Source of the DNA: Octopus sinensis
Taxonomy: Eukaryota
Reading direction: 5' to 3'
NCBI RefSeq assembly: GCF_006345805.1
Contig: NC_042997.1
Location: 169,632,001 to 169,696,000, forward strand
DNA length: 64,000 nucleotides
Shown here in pieces: positions 38,579 through 52,945 of this stretch (within the stretch, counting starts at the first letter, position 1; every line of letters begins with the position of its first letter). The notes beneath the pieces are model-generated. The model had not been told where the DNA came from. It ran no database searches and saw nothing but the letters and a program-made list of their open reading frames with translations. Made by a program: the position numbers and the translations under genes.

Positions 38579-38897
38579 CAGCAGTTCTCAACCAGGGTCC
38601 ATATAAGATTTTGGGGGTCCATACAACAACATAATAAATTGAGGATCCACAATAGTATTTTAAGAGCCCCTTAAAAAATCTTGCTTTAAATGTATGTATT
38701 GTTATGCATTGCAAGAAACAGCTAGGTTTCTTTCTTTACCATTTTACATACTTCAACTACACAAGTGAATGTGTGAAAAACAAAATAGGAATTTTGAAAG
38801 AAATATTTATAAAACGAGTTTTTAAACATCAAATGGCTATGGAGTTTCACCAGAATAAAATAGGGGTCCATAGATAAAAAATGGTTGAGAATCCCTG
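38579..38897. mobile_element. hAT-like MITE
   Basis: TIRs cagcagttctcaacc / ggttgagaatccctg; imperfect 8-bp flanks atctgagt / atttaaat. Confidence 0.65.
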
Positions 38898-39700
38898 ATT
38901 TAAATGATCCCTCAATCTGCTAGACATTGTGGCTAAATCTCTTGCAAATCCCACACCCTGTCTTAAGGAAAGACATATTGGCCAGTGTAAGCCCGGACAT
39001 GATGCTCATGGCTGGAATAACTTTTATTATGGGTCTCTTAATCTGCTCTTACACTATTTTATTATGAATATTTTATTTAAATATTATGAAATACATGTAC
39101 GCTGTACTATTTATACTTATATGTAATCATTTTAAACTGTTTGTCTGTATTAGTTTCTGTAATCACCTATTACCCATATATACAAGATGTTTTTAAACTC
39201 TTGGCTATGAAAATAGCCAGGAAAATATACTAATTTTTATTTCAGTAACATAAAATAGACCGCCAAAAATAAAACTGATGGGTGGGTGGGTTTGGTGGGG
39301 GGGAATTAAACTACCATATTTATATGACATGGATTTTATCTTAAGTAGATATCTGGTCAAAACAGGAAAATATGAATAAAAATCAGACTAACAAAATTAG
39401 AGATATTTTAATCAGATAGCACTTTCTAAAATGACTACCTTGCTAGTATTTTATCACAAACTGATAATGCTGCATTTATCAGGTTATTAAAGTCATTATA
39501 TGCAAGTGACTCATAGAGGTCTTTATGAGTTGTTGAAAATCCAACCTTTGATATGTTGTGAAGTCTGTGCAAATTAGCTTTGTCAGGTGTTTTGTTTGTA
39601 AAGGTTACACTACTCTTCAACTTCACAAACTTCATTACAGAGTACTGTGATTCACAGCGGCATGTTATGCTGATCAGTTAGAGGTATCACACGTGCACGT

Positions 39701-39734
<34 letters not shown>

Positions 39735-40514
39735 TTGCTTTCATCCATTCAGGATGTTTTATTTCTGTATTATGTGAACAGAAATGTGTCGTAGATTTTG
39801 AATTCTGGATCATTATACCCAAACCTTTCTTGAGTGTGACTTGAGGTTAATATTTGTACCATTAGCTGCTGAAGTTTTGTATTTTCTTCAGTCTACTAAC
39901 ACCAGCTGTATTCTTAGCAAATTTTCCAGCAGAATATGCACATTTTTATCAGATTACTTATTGAGCCTATCAGTTTACTGATAGCTATGGTTAATTATAG
40001 GAAAAGTTTTCATGATTTGCTTCATAGTGGCTTTTCATGTTATTGTCTTTGTAATGATTGTGTGACACATAGTGGATAAGACAAAGATTTATTCCTTTAG
40101 CAACTAAAGCAAAATTTTCCTCCCTCATTGTCTTAATATCAGTTTTTATTTTCATGTATTTGTTTCTTACAATTTGATGACACCATCCTCCTTCACAAAT
40201 TTTTTTCAGACACTTCTAAACAAAATATGTGTTCAAATGTTACCGAAAATGCCCACTAACACCACCACCATTCTCATATATGTAATTTACAGCAACTCAG
40301 AGTACTTGCACACTTCTCTACTTTATAACTTTTGGTCTGTTTTATAAATGTTTTATAGTTCTTTCAAAAATTATTCCATTTCCACACTTTTTCAGAAATG
40401 TTTAACAAAAACATGCGGAGTAGCGAGCTAGAAGTTACTACATACATACATACATACATACATACATACATACATACATGCATGCATGCATGCATGCATG
40501 CATGCATGCATGCA

Positions 40515-40645
40515 TGAGCAGGAGTGGGTGTATGGTAAGAAGCGTGCTCCCAACCACATGGTTCTGGGTTCAGCCCTACTGCATGGCACCTTGGTCAAGT
40601 ATCTTCTACTATGGCCTTGTGAGTGAATTTGGTAGACAGAAACTG
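40515..40645 (+). mobile_element. CORE-type SINE head
   Basis: gcaggagtgggtgtatggtaag...ggcaccttggtcaagtatcttc, preceded by (CATA)n(CATG)n. Confidence 0.65.
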
Positions 40646-40754
40646 AAAGAAGCACAACATATGCTTTATATACACTTTTGTCAAGTTGTGGTGCACCTGA
40701 GCACTGTATACAATAATTTCATTATTAAGTCATTATTATTATTTTTTATATATA

Positions 40755-40990
40755 CATCGTCATTATCACCATCATCATTTAACATTGATGTTCCATGCTG
40801 GTTATGAGTTGAATGGTTTGGCAGTATTTGATGAGTCTTAGGACTGCATTATGCTCCAACGCTTGCTTTGGCATTATTTCTACAGCTGGACACCCTTCCT
40901 AATACCAACTACTTTACAGCATTACATTTTTCATGGCACTAACACTAATGAGATTGCCATGAAGCCTGTAAGGCTAAGATCCCCTTTGAC
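40755..40990 (-). mobile_element. Decayed RTE tail
   Basis: catcatcatttaac...ccatgctgg consensus start. Confidence 0.5.
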
Positions 40991-41854
40991 TGAAGGGTCT
41001 ACAGTAGAGAGTGGAGTGGCTTTATACTATGGGATTAGGAGTGACAAGGGGTGAAAATGAGAGAGATGGGACCAGAACAGAACAGGTTTCTTGCTGTATA
41101 GGAGCTACATGGTTACTCAAATTTTAGAAGATAAGATGAGAGTAGTAGTGTGGAACTGGAAAGAGATAAAAGTAGTGATGATGAGGTGTCAGGGCGAATG
41201 TTCAAAAATCAAGATGAGTAGAAGCGAGTGGAGACTGGAGAACAGGAAGTGTGATTGGATAGAGGTTACAAGAGTTTATGGAAGAATGATGGGGACTAGT
41301 TAGGAGTGTATTATGAACAAGTGTTGAGGGATGATAAGTAGGAGCAGTGAGGAAGAGGGAAGAGTTGGTGACATCTGTAGAAATAGGGTAAGGTTGAGGG
41401 GTGGGCTTTAGGGTCTACAGATGTTACAGGAGTTTTGGGAAAATAGGATAGAGGAGATGACTGATGGCTGACTGCAGAAAAAAATGGTGAGATAGAGTGG
41501 TGAAGGGCAGCAGAATAGTAATTATAATAAGGATACAGTAGATAGGAAAGAAAGAGAGGGGATGGTCAGAAGAAAGAGAAGGAATTGACATGTGATTAGG
41601 TAGGTTGTAGTGTGAAGGCAGAGTGAATGGATGAAAGGGAGATGTATGCCACTGGATACTCAGGAGAGTGATCAATGTAAAATTTGAGTGGAGAGGACTA
41701 TATTAAGAAAGAAAGTTGATTAACTGAAATGGTTTTGTGTACTTAGAGGTGTTGGGGTAGAGCATAAGTGGTATCAGGGAAAATCTGAAGTATGCAGTCC
41801 TCACAAGGAGAGTTGTGTATTTATATACACATTGTGCTTACAAATTTTCAGTAT

Positions 41855-42085
41855 CTCTGAGGCTGGCAGATCTCAAGAACTGCCTTTCACCAGTCATCCT
41901 GGTCCTTTGTCTTTGTGAGGTTCAAGATCCTGAGATCAGCTTTCACCACTTCATCTTTTTGGAGGCATCCTCTTCCACAATCTCCATTTACACTAATTGA
42001 GAGACACTTCATTATGCAGCTGTCCTCAGTCACACACACCACATGTCCATACCAGTGCAGTCTTCTTTCTTGCACATTACATCTG
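41855..42085 (-). mobile_element. RTE C-terminal coding fragment
   Basis: QERRLHWYGHVVCVTEDSCIMKC...GRGC. Confidence 0.75.
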
Positions 42086-42273
42086 ATGATTCATATGTAT
42101 GTACATATGCACATACATACACAAACACTTACACATACACACACACACACATACCTATACACATATGTGTGAATGTTTCTGTTTAAGTAGATTAGTTTAA
42201 TTTCCCCTTTGGTTCACATGTGACCATTCAGAAGTTCTTCATCTTCTCTTTTGAGTATTTTCATTGTTGAGTA

Positions 42274-42832
42274 CATCATCATCATCATTTAATGTCTATT
42301 GTCTATGCTGGCATGAGTTGGATGCTTTGACCAGGGCTAGTAAGTCAGATTTGGCTTGGTTTCTATAGCTGGATGCCCTTTCTAACACCAACCACTCCGA
42401 GAATGCAACAGGTGCTTTTACACGCCACTGGTACAGGTGCAAGTTGCGTGACACCAGTATCTGCCATGATTCAATTCCATTTGGTTTGATGGGTCTTCTA
42501 CTTAAGCACAACATATTGCCAAAGGTCTCGATTATTTGTCATTGCCTCTGTGAGGCTCAACGCTCATAAGGTGCTTTTTACATGCCACCAGCATGGGTAC
42601 CAGTTATGTGACATGAGCATTGGCCACGATTACGATTTCACTTGGCTTGATAGGTCTTCTCAAGCACGGCATATCGCCACAGGACTCAGTCACTAGTCAT
42701 TACCTCTGTGAGGCCCAACATTTCAAGATAATGCTTCACCACCTCGTCTCATGTCTTCCTGGGTTCACCTCTTCTACAAGCTCCCTCCACTGTTAGAGAT
42801 CGGCAGTTCTTTACACAGCTGTCCTCATCACA
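42274..42832 (-). mobile_element. RTE 3' fragment
   Basis: (CAT)n, 3' UTR and a C-terminal coding remnant. Confidence 0.75.
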
Positions 42833-44639
42833 CACATGATATACTCATTTCTTTCTTTACTGTTAAGTAGGTGGTATCTAAGTGATACAATGCAGCACTC
42901 AAAAGCCATCTGGACTGACCTCATGCCTCTTCCTTCATCTCTCTTTAGGATAGACCCTGTTAGTGTCACTGATGATGTGGAAGTTACCAGTAGTTGTTAG
43001 CTTCTTTCTAGTTTCAAGTTGAAAATTTCTTCATGTCTCATGTATGATATGCTAGTTGTTGGTTCTAACTTTGGCACTGTGAAAGCATTGTGGTATATGG
43101 TCATATTACATGCAAACAGTTCTGATTTCTATACCTTCCAAACTCTGCTGGAGTATTCTTTTGTCAGTCTAGCTTTACACAGTTTCAATGCATGCTATCA
43201 TCATCATCATTTATACTATATTTTCATCAACACTGAGGTTTTCTAACAGTTTTTCATTGGAGATAGATGAGATAGACAAGCCATTGATATCCATATTCCT
43301 TGGCAAGTTTTCCTATTTTACCTCAATTGACTGCCAAATATAAACACTTGTCTTAATCTAAGTCCATTCCTGTTTTGTTAAGCTCTGTGACCTGTTTTGT
43401 TGCTTGGTGGGATGAATATTACTTGAATACAACTTAAGATCATCAGCAGAAAGAGGTGTTGGTAATATTGTTCTCTCCTCTGTAGATTCCATCATGGACA
43501 CCCTGCTTTTCTTTAAACAGAGTTTATAAAGGATTCTCTGCTAGGACTAAAAGTTGTAGAGGTAAGCTGTATTCTGGAATGTTCCTGTTGATAACCTAAT
43601 TTTGTTAGTGGCTATAGTTGTAGCATCAGTTCTTGTTGACCACTTTTGTGGATCTATGTCATTGTTAGTCCCTTAATGGTATCTTATATAGCAGTTGGAA
43701 AATTGGAAAAACTTGTTGATTCTAATATCCAAGAGTAAAGGATTGAGTCAAATGCTATTCTACAGTCTAGCTGTACAGTCAGTAGACTTCAGTGGTACAA
43801 CTTCACTTCTTTAAGGGCAGCTTTGTTCATGAGAAGCTATTCAGCACAGCCCAAACACCTTTCTTTCTTTCTCTCTACTCATCAGTCACCTTGTGTTACA
43901 GAATGACCTTGGAGGAACATTTTCAAGCAAGCTGTGTACAGCTTACACAACACTCAAGCATGCCATGGGCCTGTAGATTTTGGTCAATAATCTTTCATGT
44001 TGCTTTTCTTTGTGTGTATGTTCAGCACTCATTGTTATTTTGAACTGATTAGTAAGGTCTTCCTTGTAAAATGCGAGTTCTATTTAGTAATAATCAAGTA
44101 ACAGCTTTCTTTCAGTATGTATCTATGTGTGTATGTATCCATGTGTATGTATAAACATATGTATATGTATCTATATGTATGTATGTGTACATGTGTGTGT
44201 TTGCATGCATATAGATAGATAGATAAATAGGCAGGCAAGCAGGCAAGCATATCCACAAGTATAGGAGTGTTAGTTAAAAGATGAGTTAAAAGAATGTTAG
44301 CTGAAAAACTTATACATAGAAAGAAGGAATATTTGTTAAAATTTTAATAGTTTTTGGTAGTAAAAGGTAATGTGTGTTTGTGTAATATATACATGTGTGT
44401 GTGTGTAATATATATATATATATATAATGCAGTGATTTATTGATAATTGAATAATGTTAGAATGTTTTAAAGTCCTATATTTGAGGAATTATTATTATAT
44501 AAACCAGCATTAGTGGATTATAATCTTTAAAACTTGACATCTGGTTGAAGAAGTTATTTGAGATAACTATAAAATATAAACAGTCATGTCACAAAAATCA
44601 TTATTGAAACCCACAATGAAATAATGTGTCCACATCTGG

Positions 44640-44900
44640 GAACAGAGCTTCTACTATGCACACTGACTTTCTGAAGTATGTCCAGAGAAAGCCTGCTCAG
44701 TTGATTGGTATTTTGTCACTAAGACATGTTTCAGCCCTTGGTCCCCACATGTGATATCTTCTTTCGTCTTTTCTGTCACTACTATAATGTTCTCTGTTCC
44801 TTGTAGCTGGCTGGTCTCATATTTCCACCTTTTAGGAACCCCAACCCATACATCTTCCAACCTTTTGTTACCCTTACTGTTCCTTCACTCGTTTTTCTCA
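44640..44900 (+). mobile_element. CR1/Jockey-group LINE C-terminal remnant
   Basis: Reads KYVQRKPAQLIG and FQPL...LFCHYYNVLCS, resembling the xRVQRKAxRLIG...LQPL...LFYRYY pattern. Confidence 0.45.
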
Positions 44901-44981
44901 GCACTAATCATTATGCCAAATCCTTCTTTCCTACAACATAATCTCTCTCTAGAATCTCCTCCTTGCCCATGTCTTCATTAA

Positions 44982-45186
44982 TCTTTAACACTTAAACCAG
45001 CCATATCTGGCCCAAATATTCCGTCTACTCTTTGTTCACACTGGCCCGATCTGGTCTCTCACACCTAAAAATAAACAGTCACATTTTTGAAATCTCAAAG
45101 CTACTAGGTAATACATGAAGAATTTCAAAACATGTAAATATATAAATAAGCATTACATATGACAAAGTAATCTGAATGCTAAAGGG
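44982..45186. mobile_element. piggyBac-like MITE (third copy)
   Basis: TTAA at 44978-44981, ends ctgaatgctaaaggg; homologous to 37310-37528. Confidence 0.6.
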
Positions 45187-45387
45187 TCAATTGGAACATT
45201 AACAGCAACCCTCTCACCGCTTTCAGAGATACTGCAAAAAACCATGGGTTTGGCCCTTCCTTCTGACTCAGTAAAAAATAAAAGAAAAGAAAGAAAAAAC
45301 TACAGCACTAAGTAATTGAGGTTGGTTGCTTAGATATTAGCCAAGTACTAACATTCATTGCTTTGTTCTGGTTATGTGCCCATGTTA

Positions 45388-46663
45388 TTGGGTTGACAAG
45401 GAAGTAATTTTGTTTTTCGCAGATAGAGTTACAATTTTCTTTGAATGACTTTTGTCAATGTTATGATTTGTTTCTTTTGACATTTGATAGCTGTTACTTT
45501 TAGCTTACTTAGGAAGCAAATTGTGCATAATTTTGTTTACAGCTGTTAGTTCAGTGTCAATTTTAACATGGAATGCAAAAATGAACATTTTAGCAATGTT
45601 TTGCTTTTTTATTTCTGTAATTGCAAGAAAGCTGTTGAGGCTCACAAAGAGATATACGAAGTTTATGATGTTGATTGCTTAATAGAATGCACATGTCAGA
45701 AATGGCTTTAAAAATTCCGTTCTGAAGATTTTTCACTCAAAGATGACCGATGCTGTGGTCAACCTACTGAAGTTGATGATGACCGAATCAAGGCCATAAC
45801 TGAATCTGATTGTCATGTAACTGTGCGTGAGATTGCAGTGAGGTTTAATGTATCACACACAACAATTGAAAATCATTTAAAATGTCTTGGACTTGTTAAG
45901 AAGCTCAATATTTGGGTTCCACATAAATTGAAAAGGATTCACTTAACACAATGAATCAAAATTTGTGATATGCATCTCAAACACAATGAAATTGAGCTTT
46001 TTTTTTTTTTTTGACAAAAAAATCATCTCTGGTGATGAAAAATGGTTTGTCTACAATGACATCCATCGAAAATGATCATGGGCCAGCACAAACCTCATCG
46101 AAAGCTGAACGGCATCAGAAAAAGGTCATGTTGTCAATTTGGTGGGATTACTAAAGTATTGTGTATTTTGAGCTGCTTCCAAGGAACCAAACAATCAATT
46201 CAGGTGTTTACTGTCAACAACTAATGAAACTAGAGGAAGCAATCAAAGAAAAATGGCTAGAATTGGCAAATCATAAAGGAATCGTGTTCTAGCATGACAA
46301 CGCTAGACCACACACATCTTTGCTAACTTGTGAAAAATTATTGGAGTTTAGTTGGGAAGTGATGTCACATCCACCATATAGTTCTGACCTTGCACCATCA
46401 GATTACTATTTATTTCAAAGTTTGCAAAATTCTTTGAATGGTAAAACTTTCAATAATGATGATGACCTGAAATTGCACTTGCTTCAGATTTTGACTAAGT
46501 CCAGAAGTTCTATTAAATGCAGTATCATAAAGTTGCCAGAAAGATGGCAGAAGGTCATCGAACAAAATGAAAACTATATAATTTATTACAGTTCATTCTT
46601 TGTATGAAAAAAATTACTTTTATTTCACACTAAAAAACCAAAATTACTTTCTTGCCAACCCAA
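45388..46663 (+). mobile_element. Full-length but inactive mariner (D34D) transposon
   Basis: TA-ttgggttgacaaggaagtaattttg ... caaaattactttcttgccaacccaa-TA, 1276 bp. ATG at 45568; WVPHKL, GDEKW, HDNARPH and YSSDLAPSDYYLF motifs; multiple stops and frameshifts. Confidence 0.93.
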
Positions 46664-47085
46664 TAGATAGTTATTACAAGGGCCATGGGTGGCATAGCAC
46701 TTTAACTGAGGATGGAGCAAAATATTCTACAGCACTGTGTTACATCCCTTTAGCTTCTGCAATCAAATCCTTACATGGTTAACTACTTTGCCTTTTATCC
46801 TTCACGAGTCAAAAAAATAAGAAGGTATCAAATTATTGAGTAGATCTAATACTCCGCTCATAAAAACTGTGGTCATGTCACTATGTTAGAAATCATTACT
46901 ACTATTATTATTACCCCTCAAAAAATTTATTCTTATTTTTTTAAAATAAAAAAACAAAAGTCAACATTAGATTTTTATGTATTTGATGTTGACTAATATG
47001 CTTTCAATCAATATTTCTTTCGATCAATATGCTTTCAACAAATGCGTTTTCAGTGAATGTATTTTTGATGACTGTGCCAAATCCC

Positions 47086-47234
47086 ATATGTGTGTTTGTG
47101 TGTGTATGTATGTATGTGTGTGTATAGATATTTGTATCTGTATATATATATATATGTATGTATACATATGTGTGTGTGTGTGTATATATATATGTGTACA
47201 TGTGTGTGTGTATATATATATGTATCTATATGTA

Positions 47235-47265
<31 letters not shown>

Positions 47266-47322
47266 GTATACATATATGTGTGTGTGTGTATATATATATG
47301 TATCTATATGAATGTATGTGTG

Positions 47323-47360
<38 letters not shown>

Positions 47361-47450
47361 CATATGTGTGTGTATTTAAATGTATATATGTGTTTATGCA
47401 CACACCTTCGCATGCACACACACACATATAAGTGTATATACACACATACA
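47086..47450. repeat. Compound (TA)/(TG) microsatellite
   Basis: About 360 bp of alternating dinucleotide blocks, the source of many spurious ORFs. Confidence 0.95.
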
Positions 47451-48160
47451 TAGAGCTTATTTATTTATATTTTAATAACAGTGTAGTAAACTTTTCAGTA
47501 TAACAAATTGATTTCAATCCCTAGTCATTATCCTATTGAAGCAATAGTGAAAAATTTTGTTTATAATGAAATTTATTGCAATGAAAAAAAAATGTTTAAA
47601 AAAAAAAATTAAGAAATACTTGAGACAATTGTCCTATAAAGTCGGAACATACAGATGATATAGAATTTCAATTGGGAAACATTGTGATGCGTAGAAGTTC
47701 ACTCAACTTAACCATGAGTGAGACAGTGTATTAACATGCAGTTCTGTCAGGGGAATGCACTGGGTAAGTGTTGATATTTATTTTGCAAAACCAAAATAAT
47801 ATAACTCAATTTGCTTAGTTCTTTGTATATGAGGTAAAAATATACAACAGCCAGATAAGCAAGGAATCAAAATTTATTTATTAATTTATCGAGCTTTATT
47901 ATACCAAACCATAATAATCCTGTCTTATGGAATCAGAGGTTTTTTTTACATTAATAAGATTATAAGCATTCTCGTTGTAACTGTCCCTTCTTTCAAATTC
48001 AAATTTCAATTCAGAGACTGAGACTGGAGCTTGACACAGTTCTGACCAATTGGATCCTGTCAAACCATCTATCCCAAGCTAGCATGGAATACAGATGCTA
48101 AATGATGGCAATGATGATATGCGAATATGATTATATTTTTGATAAAGCATATGAAATATT

Positions 48161-48375
48161 GATTTCAAATTTTGACACAAGGCCAGCAAGTTCAAGGGAG
48201 TGGGTAAGTTAGTTACATTGACCCCAGTGTTCAGCTGGTACTTATTTTATAAGACCCACAAAAGGATGAAAGGCAAAGTCAACCTCAGTGAAATTTGAAC
48301 TCAGAATGCAAAGACAGCTGAAATGCTGTCAAGCATTTTCCAAGTGTGCTAACAATTCTACCATCTTACCATCTT
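48161..48375 (-). mobile_element. Nin/Deu-domain-like SINE
   Basis: Minus strand contains gaggttgactttgcctttcatccttttgtgggtcttataaaataagtaccag. Candidate TSD aagcatatgaaatatt / aaacacatgaaatatt. Confidence 0.65.
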
Positions 48376-49350
48376 AAACACATGAAATATTAACTTCTTT
48401 CACCATGCATAAAAACAGTACAATACAAAATAATGGAGCACAGTACAAAGAAATGCTTCTCTGTACCTGGTCTTGATTGAAAAATAAAGGGACACACAGC
48501 CAACAGTTGATAGAGCCCTATCAGGTACTTAGATAATGAAAGACAGAGGGACTCCATATGGCTAAATTGATCAGCTTAATTCTTCATAAACTGTATTTCT
48601 TATTTTGATTTGTATTGTTTTTCTTTGTTGAAAGTTAAACTAAATAAAAAATAGGATAGTCATTGTTGGAATGTTTTCATTCTTCTAAAATGTAAAAACA
48701 ATCCTGGAATTCACAAATAAAAATGAGGAGGCTGTGGTTGAAAAATTTGGAAGAAAAATATTTATTTCCATAAAAATAAAATAGGATGGCCATTGTAATA
48801 ACAGTTTCCTTCATATTAATATATTTTTGTAGAACTATTCTGTTCATGTTTCATGAACTGTTTTTTTGCTGTTGCATAATGCATGAATAAAATTAGCATT
48901 ATGATTTGTTTTTAAGCAATTTCTTTATAACAAATATTTTCTTTCTGTTGCTTTGTCACTCTCATTATAATGGAATTTCACCACTGCATATATGTGTGTA
49001 TTTTACATGCATTCATACATACATACATACATACAACATACATACATATATACATACATCCCCCCCCCCTCAATACAAAACAAAAACAAAAATCTCTACA
49101 GAATTTATCGAGGAAGTGTTTAGATTAGAGCAATTTCAGGATTTATATCAAGTTTAGAAGGTGATAGAGGCAAGGAACAGATAGATAAGAAGATGTAGAA
49201 AGATAAATAAGAAAGTGTGTTTGATTTATTGCTGTCATCATTGTTTTTCTTGTTTCAGTTCTTTCCTCAGTTATGACTTACATATTAACTTAAATTTTCT
49301 CTGATTTAATTGTTTAAAGATTATTAGCTTAAGAATGTTATTATATATTA

Positions 49351-49555
49351 ATTTCAAACTTTGGCACAAGGCCAGCAATTTTGGCAGGTGAGGCGGGTAG
49401 GTTGATTACATTGTCCCCAGTGTACAAGTGGTATTTGTTTTATTGACCCCAAAAGGATGAAAGGCAAAGTTGACCTCAGCAGAATTTTAACTCAGAACAT
49501 AAAGATGAACAAAATGGTGCTAAGCATTTTGCCTGGTGTGCTAATGATTCTGTCT
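49351..49555 (-). mobile_element. Nin/Deu-domain-like SINE
   Basis: Colinear with 48161-48375. Confidence 0.65.
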
Positions 49556-51434
49556 GATTATTCTTCATTCCTTAACTTAAAAATATACCTGTCAATTCAA
49601 CTTGCAATTTAAATTCCCAAGTATTTATAACCATAAGAATTCCAATCACTTTGCAACTATAGTTAGGAATCTAGTTGAAAGTATAATTAGAAGTCTTCAA
49701 ATTATCCTCCTTAGAATAATGAGGTCTTTGGCAGCTGTGGTATAAGTGAGTAGTCCATATGGAAAACCTGCTACCCACCCTAACTTGAAGATGACCAGGA
49801 GGCAGAAAGTAATATAATTTAACCACTTCATCAGAACTTTCTAACTCTTATAAGGTACCACATTCTGACTACGCACAGTACAACAAAAACTTTGATGTTC
49901 ACACTTTTAAAGGTAGCTATTCATGGCTTGGCAGTATTGCTTCAGTGTGACACATGACTGAAAGCATAGCTATTACACAAGGAAAGCTTCTTCAGTTGTC
50001 ATTAATTTACATGTAGTTTCTAAGTGATCACCATCCTGCAAGTAGAATATGGCTGTGTGTTTAAGAAATTTGCTTCATAACATATGAGTTCAGATTTTTA
50101 TGCCACTGTTTGGCAAGTACATTCTGTAACCTCAGGCTGACCAAAACTTTGTGTGAGAAATTGTGTGAGAAAGTGGTGTAAGCCTGTTTAAAGGGCTATT
50201 ACTTGCTTGTTTTTGGCTGCCTTTAATAAAGTTCACTCTATTACATTCCCATCCTGTGACCAGTCAAAAAACCTCTGAAAATTATTATGAGCACCACCCT
50301 TTCTCCTGTGATTAAGCTATAAAAAGAAAAAAAAGCCTTTGCTGCCTCTTTATTACTAGATGGTTTATATGCTTTAAACTTGTTGGAATGTTGGCAATGG
50401 AAATCTGTACAACTGCAACTAATTATGTCAAGTACTTTGAACTCATCTTATAGATCGTGTGCAACTAACAAAACTGTGTTTAATTCCTTTTGTTACCACT
50501 TCAGGTTCCATGATAAAACTCTTTCATTTTGAAATGTTCCTATTTGAATTTATATTAAAATCTTTGCTTTGAATTTATATTAAAATCTTTCTAAGACATG
50601 TTTATGTGAGAAGATTTTGTTGTATTTCAAACAGCAGCTAAATAATTAAAAAGTTAATTCTTCCACTAATTCCATTGATTATTGTCAAAATTAATTGAAA
50701 ATCATAATATAGAAATTAGATATGTAATCACAAAAGAGTTAAGAAATATTGTGTACTACAGAAACACAGGATAGTTTATATATTTAATACAAATGAATGT
50801 TGCATGTTGAATTGGTCGGTACTATGAAATTATATTGATACTAGAGAATATATGACATAGATGATGGTTTGGGAATAAAAATGAAATGAGTTAAGATAAA
50901 AATATTTTGAAATATACTATTGCTCTCAGTAGAAAGATATTAAGATGATGATGAGAGTATATATGTGCCTTGCCATGTTAATTTTTATAACCGGTGCCTT
51001 TTGCATGATAGGATTGATCCTATTTTCACCTTTGTTCCACTATACAAGTGGAACAAACGAAAGAAGCTGCTGATGAGTAAGTGTTCAGACAAGATTACTC
51101 ATTTAAATAGTTCTGCTTCTTGCTTTAAAATGCTTCTATTATTTAATGCTCATTTTTATCACTGAATTTGAAATTTAATTTTCTCTCTTACCCTAAATTT
51201 AATTTCAAACAATTTTTTTTTAATCTTCCCTTTTTTTCCCCCAAATAAGGGACAGCAATTGAGAAGCATATTTATTTCACTGCTTTATCAAGAAACCATT
51301 TATTAAGTCATTCAGTTTTTATTTCTTCTACTACTTTTTCTAGTGATACCAACATTCATAATCATTTTAAAGATTATAATTGTTTTCCAGAAAACTTTAT
51401 GAAATTATAATTGTAATTCCAGAAAATTTATTTT

Positions 51435-51757
51435 ATTCAAGGGGATATAATAGCAATAGAAACTAAATAGCTATGTGACTAGTCCTAAATACTAGGCTTT
51501 GGATTAAGCTATAAAGGCCTTTTCTCTTACTCCTTGCATAGACATAAATTTAACCCAATCAGTTAAAAATGTGAGGTTATGTAAAACTCTGTAATAATTC
51601 AAGGGAATAATAGCAATAGAACCAAATAGCTATGTGACTAGTCCTAAATACTAGGCTTTGGATTAAGCTATAAAGGCCTTTTCTCTTACTCCTTGCATAG
51701 ACATAAATTTAACCCAATCAGTTAAAAATGTGAGGTTATGTAAAACTCTGTAATAAT
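51435..51757. repeat. Near-perfect ~160-bp tandem duplication
   Basis: 51435-51596 is repeated at 51597-51757, differing only near the 5' ends. Confidence 0.9.
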
Positions 51758-52624
51758 CAAATCTATTTTTATTGGTTTTCATCATAAACTACTACAACAT
51801 CCCTCTTTGAGCTTCAAAATTTGTAAGTTTGTTTTCATTTCTTCCTTTTGTCAATGCATTCTAAAATACAATGATGAGATTGATAGATTTATTCAATTGT
51901 ACAGCATACTTTCTTAACTTTATAATGTGTATCTCTAACCTGAATATGCTTTACATTATTGTTTATTGTTCCAAATAAGGAGAACTGTAGGAATTTTTTT
52001 TTTAAGGTCTCTTTAAACTAAGAAATCACTAAGTTTAACTAGTTTTGTATTTTATTTGAATAGCAAAATTTTACTGATTAGAGAGAGCTGTGTGCCTTTG
52101 AATCACCTGAAAAATGTCCCAATTGAAGTGTAGCCAATTTATATCCCTTTGTCAATAATGAATTGTAATTTTAGCAAAGAAATATAACTTCCAGTGACTC
52201 AATCTGTCTTAAAAGTAAATATTTTCACATGCTGTGATGACAAAAGATTATTAGAGGCTCTATTACCATTACCTTTGTGCTGTTTCCTAATAAAATTTGA
52301 TAAAAAGAAAATCATTGGATAAAAATACAGAATGTGGAGATGACTTTTATTTACTGACTGACAGATAGTTATTTAAAAAATAGAGAAAAAATAAATTTCT
52401 TTTAATGCAGATAAAATAATTATAGATGAAATACTGAAAACAATAAATTGCTGTTGTTTAGCCTTACATTGGCTTTGGTCTGTTGGGAGTCAGTAAAACA
52501 ACTAAGTGGAGTCTACAAATTATTTTTCTTCAGATATACTATAGCACTTTGATATACAACAATCTACTTCTATATGATGCCATGTGAGCCTGGGTATATT
52601 GGTTTGTTTGTTTTTTCTTTACCT

Positions 52625-52945
52625 TTAAAGACTCCGCCGGTTACGACGACAAGGGTCCCAGCTGATACGATCAACGGAACAGCTTGCTCGTGAAATTAAC
52701 GTGCCAATGGCTGAGCATTCCACAGACACGTGTACCCTTAACGTAGTTCTCGGGGATAATCAGCGTGACACAGAGAGTGACAAGGCTGACCCTTTGAATA
52801 CAAGTACAATCATTTTGCCAGCTGAGTGGACTGGAGCAACGTGAAATAAAGTGTCTTGCTCAGGACAACAACGCGTCGCCGGAATCGAACTCACAACCTA
52901 CGATCATGAGCCGAATGCCCTAACCACTAAGCCACGCGCCCTCAC
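52625..52945 (-). mobile_element. Young tRNA-derived SINE (Meta/V-like central domain) with a 12-bp TSD
   Basis: Head gtgagggcgcgtggcttagtggttagg...gagttcgattcc; TSD ttttctttacct at 52613-52624 and 52946-52957; CpG-rich. Confidence 0.85.

Noticed and set aside
46977-47453. Many ORFs rich in Y, I, C, V, H and T (also at 30.3-30.8, 32.0-32.5 and 57.8-60.6 kb)
   Set aside because: They are translations of (TA)/(TG)/(CA) microsatellites, not proteins.
52455-52500. LTLAL/LAFG-like stretch as a candidate next ASCC3 exon
   Set aside because: It needs a frameshift, has no HHAGL motif and has no suitable splice sites.
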